NCBI GenBank assembly: GCA_000934665.2
Contig: JYFJ02000011.1
Span: forward strand, 124,001 to 188,000
Length of the DNA: 64,000 nt
Source of the DNA: Catajapyx aquilonaris
Lineage: Eukaryota
Direction of reading: 5' to 3'
In this document: piece by piece, positions 1-11,623 of the stretch
Layout: each line of letters opens with the position of its first letter
Position numbering within the stretch: the first letter of the stretch is position 1
Notes under the pieces: model-generated
Told to the model about the DNA's origin: nothing
Databases searched by the model: none
The model's input: the letters and a program-made list of their open reading frames with translations, nothing else
Translations under genes and position numbers: made by a program

Positions 1-43
1 AGGAGTGTGATGCACCAGTTAACATTTTGTTTTATTTGGACAG

Positions 44-886
44 GTCGGAGGCAAACGTTTTGGACGCTGCAGCACAGGGAGCAAGCACTGCCATTATGCT
101 CATACTTAACATCATTGCCAATATCATTGCTTTCCTGGCATTTATTGCCTTTATGAATTCTTTGGTTTCATGGCTTGGAGGCTTGGTGGGCGCCAGCTAC
201 CTTTCATTTGAGGTACGGTCCTAATTTTATGCGCATTTTATTGCAGGATATGCTCAAAAAATTATGATAACTTATGATTCCAAATAATATTTTGCAGTGG
301 ATTCTTGCCAAGATATTCATTCCATTTGCATGGCTGCTGGGAGTACCTAACGATGAATGTGACCAAGTGGCACTGCTTCTGGGCCTCAAAAGTGTCGCCA
401 ATGAATTTATCGCATATCAGCAGCTGGCCCAATGGCAGAAAAGCAACATTCTATCGGTAAGAATTTGTAACAACATGAAAGAGACTGGCAAATGCAGGCC
501 TGTGTATATTATATCTAGATTTATTCAAAGACTAAGTTATCTAATCAAACTCTGCGGTTTGCAGGAACGAGCTGAGGCAATTGCTACGTATGCTCTGTGT
601 GGATTTGCTAATCCTGGATCGGTTGGAATTCAGTTGGGAGGCATGAGTGCCATGTGTCCTGAAAGGAAGTCAGATTTTGCTAGCATTGTTCTGCGAGCAT
701 TTGTGGCTGGAACATTTGCTTGCTTTCTCAACGCATGCATTGCAGGTGTGTATATGATGGTGAAAATTCAGAAAATCAGTTTGCGATGATTTAATTTTAA
801 TTTTACAAGTTCTGTGCAAAGAGTAGAGCTTAGAACACTTTGTGACACGATTGTTTACTTTTCTTTCAGGTACTTTGATACCATAA
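44..886 (+). CDS. SLC28A: SLC28/CNT concentrative Na+/nucleoside cotransporter, copy 1 (3' exons only; 5' part lies upstream of the window)
   Basis: Exons ~44-212, 298-456, 565-745 and 870-886 with GT-AG ends. CNT motifs NIIANIIAFLAFIAF, GLKSVANEFIAY and ATYALCGFANPGSVGIQLGG. Ends ...GTLIP*. Confidence 0.93.
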
Positions 887-1868
887 TTACTAAAGACAAG
901 TTCCTAGAGGGAACACCAGCCATTCCCGCTGCATTTAAATTGCGACACAGAAGAGGCATGTTGCCTAATGCCTATGCACAGAAAGTGTACAAAAATCACA
1001 CTCATTATTATTCATGCTCATTTCATACTTTTGTGCAGGGTACTTTCAGATCAGCGGTGACACGTAAGGTTTTGCCATATTGCCTTAAATTCATTATTGA
1101 ATAGTGTGCTGAGTACCTTAAATGCCAACTTCACGTTGGAGCAAAGTACAAGACTGTGATTTCCATCCATTTTATGTGTCAGCCAGGAAAGCGTACTTCC
1201 ACATGGAAAGGTGGTGTAATTTTTTGTAGAAGTAATTTATTGCATAATAGTATTAAATTTTAGTGATTCACAGCACAACTCAGATGAAATGGAACAGACT
1301 CACTCACATTGTAAGAGTACGAATAAAAATGGAAGATGAAATATTACTAGTTATTTGTGTACATTCAGACAAATCTATTTTCCCTAGGTAACCACAATCA
1401 TTCGTCAGATGTCCTTGGATGTTTACGTGATATAATGTTGGCACCTTTGCAATCTCGGCACATGACAGTGTAGTCATCCCACTTCACTGATATCAATATT
1501 GTTTGATGTTGAGAATGCCCATCATATTTTCAAGCAACTCCTTGCCAAAAAGGTAACATTGCATACCAGTACAGCATATATCATAAAATATGTGCCAAGG
1601 AAACAGCTACAGATTGTGCTGTTGTTCCTGCTCAAGTTATGCCTATAAAGAGTAGTAGACACTACTGTGCCTATAACGCACGAGCAAATTATTGACACTT
1701 AACAAGTGAGTCTGAATCAATAAACTGGTCAGAAGCAAGGTGAGTCAAAGATATACAAAGTGTACATGCAATTATTTGCTACAATTCTGAATAGAATTTT
1801 TGCAGTAATTATTGTAGATCTCATAAATCAGCCATACGTTAAAACCATTCACAGCCAGACCATGATGC

Positions 1869-1966
1869 AAGGGGTTATTCACTTACACTTTTTGCGTACA
1901 TGGACTACCTACGAAGATGTAGCCTACACGTACACGGACTACCTGTAGTGTAGTGAATAACCCCTT
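1869..1966. mobile_element. Short MITE (Harbinger/Tourist-like)
   Basis: Terminal inverted repeats AAGGGGTTATTCACT ... AGTGAATAACCCCTT around a non-coding interior of ~70 bp. Confidence 0.6.
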
Positions 1967-2484
1967 AATTGTCATGATCCAATGGAAGTTGACATTATTG
2001 TGGGTACATTCATTTTGGCAAAAGTTTCAGGGGGGGAAACAAAGACACATTCAAAAACTTAAGTCAGTCACGTTTTATGATAATTCGCATATTCACTAGC
2101 TACTGCTAATAATGTAAGGTCAGAATAAGAATTATTCCCATGTGTAGGATATATGCATGAGAAAATTCTGCAGATATTTTTTATTGCACATCACGTGAAG
2201 TAGCCACCACCCATTCTACCCCCCCCCCCCTTTTTTTTGCAGGAAATGTTGCGAGTGGTTGCTATGCTCAGTTGCCAAATTTCCCCCCGTACGTAAGACC
2301 GGCACTACGGGCATAAATAAATTACAATCCAGCTCGAACTTTGACCCAACTTCAGACATACTAAGCGTCATCAACTGAACCATACGGTGCATGCCGCTTT
2401 CTTGCCTCTTACAGTTGATCCGTACTTATATTTCGACCTAGCTGCATGAATTTGGCAACCGCGCAAAAATTGCACCACGTTTCG

Positions 2485-2536
2485 CCAATTGCGACGTCAC
2501 CACCCACCGGCCCTCTTCGAGCGGAGGGTATAAAAA
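2485..2536 (+). promoter_or_regulatory. Compact promoter: CCAAT box, CRE-like site, TATA box
   Basis: CCAAT 2485-2489, CGACGTCA 2492-2499 and TATAAAAA 2529-2536, immediately before an abrupt GC-rich structured segment. Confidence 0.6.
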
Positions 2537-2557
2537 GGCAGTCGAAGGTCATGCTCG

Positions 2558-2960
2558 GTACATTTCCAGGGCTGGTGCATCTGCCTTTTTCTCTTGTCGA
2601 AGGGGGAAAGGGAGCTCGATGTCTTGGTACATCGACTGGAAACATGTGCTGTCCCGAACGAAATAACGCTTACTTCTGAGGCTTACTTCGTTCGGGCGGG
2701 GCACCTTCGGGTGTACCAGCCTGGCCCTCTTCCCTTGAAGGGGCCGGCCACGTAAAGCGACCTCGCTACCACCTGGGGCGGCCCTCGGGTCGTCTCCGGT
2801 GCTCTGAGGTGTGGTCGGCCCCCGTGTCTTTACGGGGGTTGTGGGGTTCAAAGGCGAGGGGGCCTCTTGAGGAAGCTGTTTGGTGATGGGGTGTGCGGTA
2901 CCGCTTATGGTACCGCCTCTGTGCCGCCTCACACCGCAGCTTCTGCAGGAGGACACATTT
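2558..2960 (+). ncRNA. Candidate structured non-coding RNA of unassigned family (~400 nt)
   Basis: GC-rich island in AT-rich DNA with at least 9 stems. Many pairs are G-U on the + strand. C(UUCG)G tetraloop at 2705-2710. 3' hairpin followed by ACA-ttt. Starts ~30 nt after the TATA box. No credible ORF. Confidence 0.55.
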
Positions 2961-3105
2961 CGGCAGCGTTGTCAGCGGTGCAGTGGTTTGCTTGTGTATT
3001 GTTGTGTTGTCATAATAACCAGCTAGGTGCCTTTTCCTTTTCAATGTGTCGTCAAGCTGAAATTGACCACTCACGAATAATAGCATCAATAATTAATCCC
3101 ACTAA

Positions 3106-3232
3106 GGGCCGGTTTCACCGAGCTTGGTATATGATAAAACCAGGTTTCTTTAGGAAAATCCCATACAAACAGATAGGGATTTTGAGAAAGAACCCTGGTT
3201 TTATCATATACTGAGCTCGGTGAAACCGGCCC
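3106..3232. mobile_element. PIF/Harbinger (Tourist-like) MITE
   Basis: Near-perfect palindrome with TIR GGGCCGGTTTCACCGAGC...GCTCGGTGAAACCGGCCC, flanked by TAA on both sides (3103-3105, 3233-3235). Confidence 0.85.
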
Positions 3233-3498
3233 TAAAGCATTCCAAATCAATGTATAATTCCAAGTAATCAATGTTTCTGCTGAATAAATGCAGTCGTCAA
3301 TAATTTCTGATGGTGACCATTGCTGTAAGTTTTCCCCACAATGACTGTATATCCATGGGAACTCAGAGAATTGTTACTGTTCTGGTGCGGTATCGTCATT
3401 TTGTAAGTAATTGACGTGCTTATCCTGCCATTTGTTGTTTCGCAAAGTTTGTGTTTCAGAATGGTTTTCAAAATTAGTTGATCCCGTATTCATGGTCG

Positions 3499-6400
3499 AT
3501 GCTTGGTCTGACTCGTTCTTCAAGAGTAAGACCCAGCAGTGCAATGTCGTCGGAACTAACACTAGAGAAGGTTTGTTAGTCGGTACATCTGTAATGTTGT
3601 CTTAATTACACAAACCATCTTTTGATGTCAGTTGGATGATGATGAAGAGACAAGTGGTTGTGTCAACTACTTGGGTGCTAAGATAGAAGTGGCACGTGAC
3701 TGGATTTCCAGTTGGACATCTGAGCATGACAGAGTCTTTAAAACTACAATAGTGGTCATTGTCTTCCTTTTGTTTAATGCCTACCTTGCAGCTGCCATTT
3801 GGTACTGTGTGTCTAATGACAACTCGGTGGATTGGGAAGATGGCCTGGGATTGTTAATTATTTTAACTAGCTTCCTGTACGTTGGATTCATCTACTATTT
3901 CCTGGTGAAGCCCTATTTGTCGGACTGGATATGCAATACATGCTGCGTACCATTTCGAAAGGTTTGGACCTGGAGGTAATGTATTAACGCAGCATTTATA
4001 CCCTACAAATTATATCTAGACATGAAATAATGCAAAATCATATTGCGACAATAGAGAAATTAAAAATGGTCTTGTTTTGTTACTTTTCCTTCCAAACATT
4101 GCGTAAAATGTGCTTCATGCCAGGCAAGTTCAAGTGATGATGATGTGTTACATTTCAGGTACGTTCCTTGGGTTGTAATATTAACGTCTTTGGTCGGTCT
4201 GTTGATCTATATATTTGTGGTTACGGATGATTATGACAATAGACTCAGATCTCTGCTAGGAATAATAGTGATGATACTTTTTGGCATATTTTACTCTCAA
4301 CACCCTGGAAAGGTAGGTCACTTGGGAGACACTTTTATGACTCTATGACGATGTGTGTGACATTTTTGCTTCTCCTGTTAGATACAATGGAGACCAGTTG
4401 TATGGGGACTGTCCCTGCAGTTCTCATTTGCATTACTAACCCTACGATGGCATGCTGGAAGACTGGTAATGGACGCCATTGGAAGGAAACTCAAAACCTT
4501 TTTAAAAAGTGCTGAACCGGGGGCCGAAATGATGTATGGCCACCTGGCAACTGACAGTCAATTCATCTTTGCTTTCCAGGTACGTTGACTGATTTGGACT
4601 TGAAGGCCTAACTTTTTCCTTTCCTGTTTAAAAGTAATTGAATCTTTATATTTCAGGCTCTGCCTATTATATTTTTCTTCTGTGGATTTATACAAGTTTT
4701 CTACTACTATGGGATAGTACAGTGGACGGTCAAGAAGCTCAGTTATCTACTTCAAGATACTATGGGCACCACTGCTTGTGAATCAATGAATGCCGCTGCT
4801 AATATAGTATTTGGAATGGTTGGTATACGGAGCAACTGTTGGAAACTCAATTGCTTTATTGTTATTATTAGTGACTCTGCATAATAATTATTTTTCTCCA
4901 GAGTGAAGCACCCATCATTATCAAGCCGTATTTAGCGAGCATGACAAAATCTGAATTGCATGCCGTGTTGACTGCAGGATTTGCTACAATTGCTGGTATA
5001 CTTGTTTTCAAAAATGATCGTAAAGAGCACTCTGGGCTGACAATCGTCTGTAACGAAATTTTATTCTGTCGGCATGGTACTCTTGTCAGTGATATTTTGT
5101 GCCCACTGTAAAGGTAACGGTAGGCCTACTTATTATTATACCCAGTTTACTCTCAGACATCCGGAATGCTTATTCTTGTCGTGTTTTGCAATTCACTGAG
5201 ACAACTTGTTTCAGGCACGGTGATGGCTACATACATTAAGTTTGGAATAGACGCAGGCCACCTTCTAACAGCTTCCATAATGGGTGCACCAGCCGCCTTA
5301 GCAATGTCCAAACTCTTCTATCCAGAAGTGGAAAAGTCAGTCACGAGATCTAGTGATGTTCAAATCACACGTGGGTAAGGTGGAACTGGATATAGCTGGC
5401 TTGCATAGCCACGGTTTTTGGAGAACACTGGAGAATTGTTAAGAAAGCATCTGGTAATGCCAAATTCTTGCAGGGTGGAAGTGAACGTCTTGGATGCAGT
5501 TGCTCAGGGTGCCACCAGTGCTGTAGGGTTGGTCCTGTGTATCACCGCCAATCTCATTGCATTTTTCTCTGGGATCGCGTTTCTCAACAAACTCCTGTCG
5601 TGGTTTGGCAGCTTACTCGGAGCTGATTATATCACTTTTGAAGTACGTAGACTGCAAGTGTGAAACGCCTCTGTACTGTGACAACAGTCATGTTGTTAAA
5701 GGGCCATTGTCTCATAATTCAAAAAGTTTGATTAAAAATCAGTGGAATGTGAAAATTGATGCCTGTCATCAGTCACCATCAGTTTTTGAAGGTCATGAGA
5801 GGTGTTAAAAGCACAATTTCAAGTTGTAATTATTGTGACCACAGGAGCTGGCCACTAATATTTACACCGTTAGTCGAATAATGCTAGCAAGGTTTCACTT
5901 TTTCAGTGGCTACTTGGAAAAGTGTTCTATCCATTCGCTTGCTTGCTTGGTGTACCATATGAAGACTGTGGCAATGTTGGCAAACTTCTTGGTTTGAAAA
6001 CTGCCGTCAATGAATTTGTAGCATATCAGGAACTGTCCAAGTACAAAAATTGCTCAAGTATATCCGTAAGTATTTCTCTCCTGGTCACTGACTTGTGCAA
6101 CTTCTCTGTTTTTGGTGATGACTCATATGCTTCATGTATGCAGTGTGAGTGATTAGTAGGCATTATTTTCCAATTTGCTTTTACAGACGCGGGCTGAAAT
6201 CATAACCACATATGCCCTATGCGGATTTTCAAATCCTGCATCCATCGGAATCCAACTTGGAGCCTTAACCGCAATGTGTCCTTCCAGACAGTCAGACTTG
6301 GCTGAGATTGTCATGAGTGCAATGGTTGCTGGAATCTTCGCTTGCTGCACCAACGCATGCATAGCAGGTAAAGTGTCAGTATAATTCCCTCCCTCCTGTC

Positions 6401-6513
6401 ACAAATAAATGTGACCCCAGACTCATGTGCTTGGACAATTATGGGGAAAAGAATGTAAATAAGTTTAGTTTTTTTTTTTTTTTTTTTTTTTTGCAGGTCT
6501 CCTGATAGACTGA
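3499..6513 (+). CDS. SLC28A: SLC28/CNT concentrative Na+/nucleoside cotransporter, copy 2 (complete, ~11 coding exons)
   Basis: Exons ~3499(or 3544)-3570, 3632-3975, 4159-4312, 4382-4579, 4657-4818, 4902-4995, 5215-5374, 5474-5643, 5907-6066, 6187-6367 and 6497-6513. Motifs IQWRPVVWGLSLQF, FIFAFQALPIIFFF, GMSEAP, GFATIAGTV, GLKTAVNEFVAY and YALCGFSN. The 3' intron positions match copy 1. Confidence 0.93.
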
Positions 6514-6816
6514 ATCACGATTCACGGACTAAATCATCTTCAGGCTACGCAACAATTTAATTTCTTTTTGGCATGTCAAGTGTTAGATCTGTTTAAAGAT
6601 TGTGGCTCTCTGAGTTGGTAAAGAGATGAATTCAGAAAGTTTCATTTGGTTAGTTATGCATGGACTTTATGGATGGATGTTCTCCAATGTGAAATACTTG
6701 CAGAAATAAAGGACATGATTTTTAAAAATCTACGCTCTTTGGAAATGGGGTCGCTTACAAAAGAAATATTGAAATTCTGACAATGGATTAATCAATTACT
6801 AGGCATGCACACGGTT

Positions 6817-6970
6817 AAGGTGCATTTACATGTGAGCGATTTGACGAGCAAAGTAACCAATATTGTTTGAGGTGAAAGTGACAATCGATTTTCACCTCCA
6901 ACAAGTTCAGCATTGTTATCGCTCGGTGATGACATCATGCAATCAAATCACTCACATGTAAACGCCGCTT
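6817..6970. mobile_element. MITE, family shared with 22982-23149
   Basis: TIR AAGGTGCATTTACATGTGAGCGATTTGA...TCAAATCACTCACATGTAAACGCCGCTT. A second diverged copy occurs in the window. Confidence 0.8.
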
Positions 6971-7872
6971 TGTGGCTCTTCCTGTGAAGATTTTTCCCCC
7001 CGTCCCTTCTAGTAAAATATGGTGGAAAAAAGCATAAAACATTACTTGGAGTCTGCTTGGAGTACCTTAAAATGGGGTGACTTCGGACACCTGGCGTGAA
7101 ATGGACGCTTGCACTTTTCTTTCCTTGGGTCAGTGCTGTGCACACTTATTGGGAGTTCAAAAAAGCTGTTTGTCAAGGGTGTTGGACAGAGTAGGTCCAA
7201 GAGCTGCAGAATACAACATGAGCAAGCCAGATGCACATTGAGAGTACTTCTTACGCACTTTATTTCCCTGACTCAAAAATGACGTACGTTAGGATGCCCA
7301 CACCGCCCACACTCCCTTGCTGCATGGCTAGGTAAACCAGAACACAGCCAATTTGTAAAGTCAAGATTCCTCACCTTTGTCCCAGGGTATTGGTTGATAA
7401 TAAAATTCAGGGTTGTAAATTCAATAAGTTTTGTATCTTTCTGTAATTTTGTTGGGTGACTTCAGGCATGGGAAGGATGTACATCTGAGTTGTAGGGGGG
7501 GAGGTCTTACCAACACTACAGGGCTGAGGACCTTGAATGGACTGTGCCCCAATGAGAAATGCAACATTCTTTACATCAGGGCAGCAAAATATCAACAGAA
7601 AAGGAACAAGTCCCTTGCAGCACCATTTTGCCCATGGTTCGAAACAAACATGCAAAGAAACACAGAGGGCAACTTGTATTAACTTTTGAGGAGTTCGAAT
7701 TCATGCGCAAAATAATAATATTGGTGAAAGAAACAGCTAAAATTAGTTTTTTTCATCAACATTCATCTACATATGGACACCTAGGTGTCCAGATGTTGAT
7801 GCTGAATGCATGCAGGTCCAATTATGCAATGGCTGACACTTCATATAAAGGTTTGTATTTTAAGAATTCTGA

Positions 7873-10765
7873 TCACTGATTCATTGATGAAGTATTTGAG
7901 GAAGACATTAAATTTTCTGATGAAGTCATACTGTATGATGATTCCTTCACTTCTCTGATTAATTCCCTGCAATGAATATGCAAAAATAAATAATATTAGT
8001 GTAACAATGGCTATAGAACATCATAATCAAATTTTGCACTAATTTATGCATTGAAATATTTTTCCCTCCTTAATTTATGATGTATCAACTGTACCTGAGG
8101 CATTTGAGTCGCCTATTTGCACGATTGCATATGACAACTTTTCTGGCTGCTTGTATGAAACGATGGAGAGCACAGAACCTTAATTCCCACATATCGGTTT
8201 CAGCCATGTCAAATCTGGGTATCACACCTGGAAACTAACATGAACACACACGTATTAGCCACTATTATTTGGATTATCAAAGGTAATGTGAGTTTTATGA
8301 TATGTTACTTTGTCACAGGGTCGTAGAATTCGCTTATTGACCAAGTTACATCCATCTTTTTTCCTTCCCTTGATGGAAACTGCGTAATGTATCCTCTCCT
8401 TTAAAAGCACACAACATATATAATAATGAACACTGCATATTTTAAATCTACAATAACAGAATGGCTTACTTTGAACTCAGTTTCATATTTCAAGCGATGT
8501 GACACCAAGGTAGACATCCTGTCAGGATCTTGATTTATGTCTTCCTCTCCGACATATTTTATCCTTTGAACCTTGGCTGTTTGCTCATTAACTGCTATTT
8601 TTTCTAAGAGAAGTAAGAATTCCTTTTCCTTGGCATGATACAACAGGGCATCATCTTCCAGAGGCGTACCAAAAGGGCCTTGTGTAATGAAAAACACGAA
8701 GAAATTATTTATCCATCTTTTATAGGTGTTAATGTGTACTGTAGGTTAACACTACTGAATGTGAGGATAAGTAAACTGCCCAATCAGTCGTACAAATTGA
8801 TACTGACACCAGTGCAAACGATACTTTGTTCTTTAATCTAGCAGTCCTGCCAAGCAGTCAGAATTAAAACTTCAAGCAAATTTTACCTAGCAATTCATTG
8901 GGATCTCGTAGAGCCCGAAGTTTTTCCATCATAAATGAAGATACAGCATGATGATTGTCCAGATTGCGAAGCGTCACTTCATACCCTTCCATGTGTAGTA
9001 CCTCTTGCTGACGTTGTGTCTTAGGTTTCACATATATTTTTGGCTTGGGCAATTGTTGGACTTTTGGCCTTGCTTGTGGACATGTTTCTAATTTCTTTTC
9101 CTCCATGGCACGTCTGCAAAAGTTTCATTACAGAGCTTCACAATCCATAACCGACAAGAAATCAGTAGCAGAAAAGTAAAATAAACTGGACTTTGTACAT
9201 ACTGTAAACCTGGCATGCAATTCCCACTGATCCGTACAATCTGTGGCCAGGTGTATATAGCGGGTATTGACACAATCAAGTCAATGGATGCAGTTGCAAA
9301 TTCAGTTGGAGTGTATGTAACCATAATTTTGGCTGCCTCACTACTCCCTGCTGGTATGATACCTTCCCAAATAGGTGAAAGCAAAGTATTTATATGTAAT
9401 TTGTATTAAGCATGTATGATTAGTTTACATTTACATAAGCTATCACTATACTCATGTTGATCAATTAGCCATATATGAAATTAACATTATAATTATAATA
9501 ATTTCCCCACTGTCATTTGCAGAGGCAACAGATTGATGAATGTTAGAAGATTCAAGATTTGTCAATAATTTTTTTAAATCCAACGAGAATCTAGATGCTA
9601 GCTATAATCTATTACCACTAGATGCATACCCGCTCTGGGAATAATCTTGAAGTCACCATGTTCTTCCATGGGGACAACTGAGAAGATCAAGCTTAGATGG
9701 CGATCTGGGTATATGTTGAAGTGGCATGTGGCACTATTGCAGGTTAACATGGAACAAGGCAGAATATCAGACCATTTGAAATAATTGCACATCTTTTATT
9801 GCAAATTTGTGCCTGGGCCCATTCAGGCAACAGAATTCATTAAACTTGTATAAGCTCATCAGGCCTATTATTCAGTTGAAATAGTTACAGATTGTAGTAT
9901 ATTTGACGTCTGTGGAAGACTTGCATTGTCTGTGTGTAATATGGGATAAAAATATGTTCAGTACAAAAGATGCTAGCAAAACAGGGAAACTCATCCAGAA
10001 CTGACATGTAGTATATGAACAATACTGCGCAAGTACTTATTAACAAACACTACTCAGAATTCAGGCTTACAGTACATTGCTTCATACCTTTTTCCTAGTG
10101 GAGTCACAGGCAAGTCGATAAACTGAGGTAACTCGTGGAAAGCGGAAATAGGTAGTACCTCCACAGGAATAGTCAGCTGGTGCCCTCCGTCACACTTGAT
10201 CCGCACATAGTCTTTTGTACCAAGATCCTTCCTCTTTAGACATTCAATCTCAATAGAAAGCCAACCATGTGGATGTACTCGCTCCTGCAAAGCAAGACAT
10301 ATATAGGGTACCACAATGCTCCAAAATATTCAGAAACTTCCCTACCTGAAAAGGGAAGGTGATAGAAAAGGCATTGCTCAGAGGATCGAATATCCGAAAA
10401 CCCTGGTACACCCTTGTCTTGTTGAACAACATCAGCTTCTGTATGTCCGGATCACACGGCCTGAATTGAAGTTTGGCAGGTTTCACCACCAACACATCAT
10501 TTTCATTGCGCACTTCCAGAGGTCCTGCAATTAATCATAAACATAACTGGCATGTTCGTTGCAATAGAATGCTGAAATGTACAGCACGTATGCATTCCAA
10601 TGTCGGTTATAAGAACAAAAACATTCCTTTAAGTAAGAAAAAGGGTAGTAAAGACCTCCGTGGCGGAATGAAAGTATTGAAACAAGCCAGGCGCATGTAA
10701 GACCTTCAACGATTGATTACGTACAATAGATATTACTCAAGCAATTCCAAAATTAATCATCCCGA

Positions 10766-10801
<36 letters not shown>

Positions 10802-11088
10802 GTCTATTAATAATATTATTATTAATTATTTATTAATCATTAATATCGAACCATACCCTGGCAGTGCACGTCGTGGAGTTTCACCAAATCGTATTTAATT
10901 TCCTCCTGGTCCTCCCCGTCGTCAAGCTCTTCTTCGTCATATTCGTCGTCCCCAATGTCATCCTCGTCCTCCCCTCCCGCCTCCGCGTCTCGTCCCATCC
11001 CCACCCCATCGTCCTCCCCTGGTTCCTCCTCCTCCGGTATGGCTTTCTGACTCCTCCATCCGACGAGACCCCGCGCCGCCTTCTCCAT
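7873..11088 (-). CDS. CFAP221: Cilia- and flagella-associated protein 221 (PCDP1)-like, with acidic N-terminal exon
   Basis: The spliced peptide has Ig-like/ASH segments (KPAKLQF...DYVRIKCDGGHQLTIPVEVLP...PQFIDL; GIIPAG...VTYTPTEFATASIDL...ISGNCMPG), LDNHHAVSSFM and WELRFCALHRFIQAARKVVI. These match my recollection of CFAP221 blocks. First exon 11088-10857; stop at 7873-7875. Confidence 0.75.
10766..10800. repeat. (ATT)n microsatellite
   Basis: ~11 ATT units in intron 1 of the CFAP221-like gene. Confidence 0.9.
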
Positions 11089-11623
11089 TTCCGTCTCGAA
11101 GGCAGGACAAATTCCAACCAATTTTCAAACCGCATGTTCCATTATTCCCGCCAGTCAATTGTTCGCAACATTAGCTGCGTTACTATTGACGATAGAAGCA
11201 GTCAACTAAAGTAGTTATGCCAACCTTATGATGCAAAATTTACATATGCAAAGTGACATTCACGGTAATTACTGCAATTACTGCAAATGGCCAGTCATCT
11301 ATTGTGTCTATTCACGATTGACGCTCTTTATAGCCCATAGATTTATAATACTATTACTAGACGGATCATATAGCTACATGCAAGTAGCGGCTACTTGTCT
11401 CCGTCTGTTGTCTCCAGGTGGCAGACACGACCTGCAGGCCACGTTAAACGGCATTAAAATTTTAGCGCTTCGCAAATTTAGCGGGGCGTTAACCTAAATT
11501 GCTGGTCACTTTATTTGGCAGCATGGATTTGACATGGCAGCTTCTGAGCTAGTGGCAGCAGCCTTTTAAGAGCAAGGACACTTGCACCGCAGCTTGTTGT
11601 ATTGCATGTTGAAGTGAGCAGTA

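Noticed and set aside
2558..2960. Assignment of the structured RNA to telomerase RNA, U3, RNase P/MRP, 7SK, SRP or an HDV/hammerhead ribozyme
   Set aside because: There is no CCTAACC template, no GAAAGUCCCC/CR-V, no GAUC pair with poly-U end, no SRP helix 8 and no complete U3 boxes. The GGCCGGC at ~2742 lacks a P1 partner, and no CUGANGA core is present.
2409..3214. Overlapping ORFs over the GC-rich island
   Set aside because: They arise from stop-poor GC-rich sequence and a MITE, with no recognisable protein or splice pattern.
11178..11195. RFX X-box upstream of the CFAP221-like gene (GTTACTATTGACG)
   Set aside because: Only a half-site matches, which is too weak to call.
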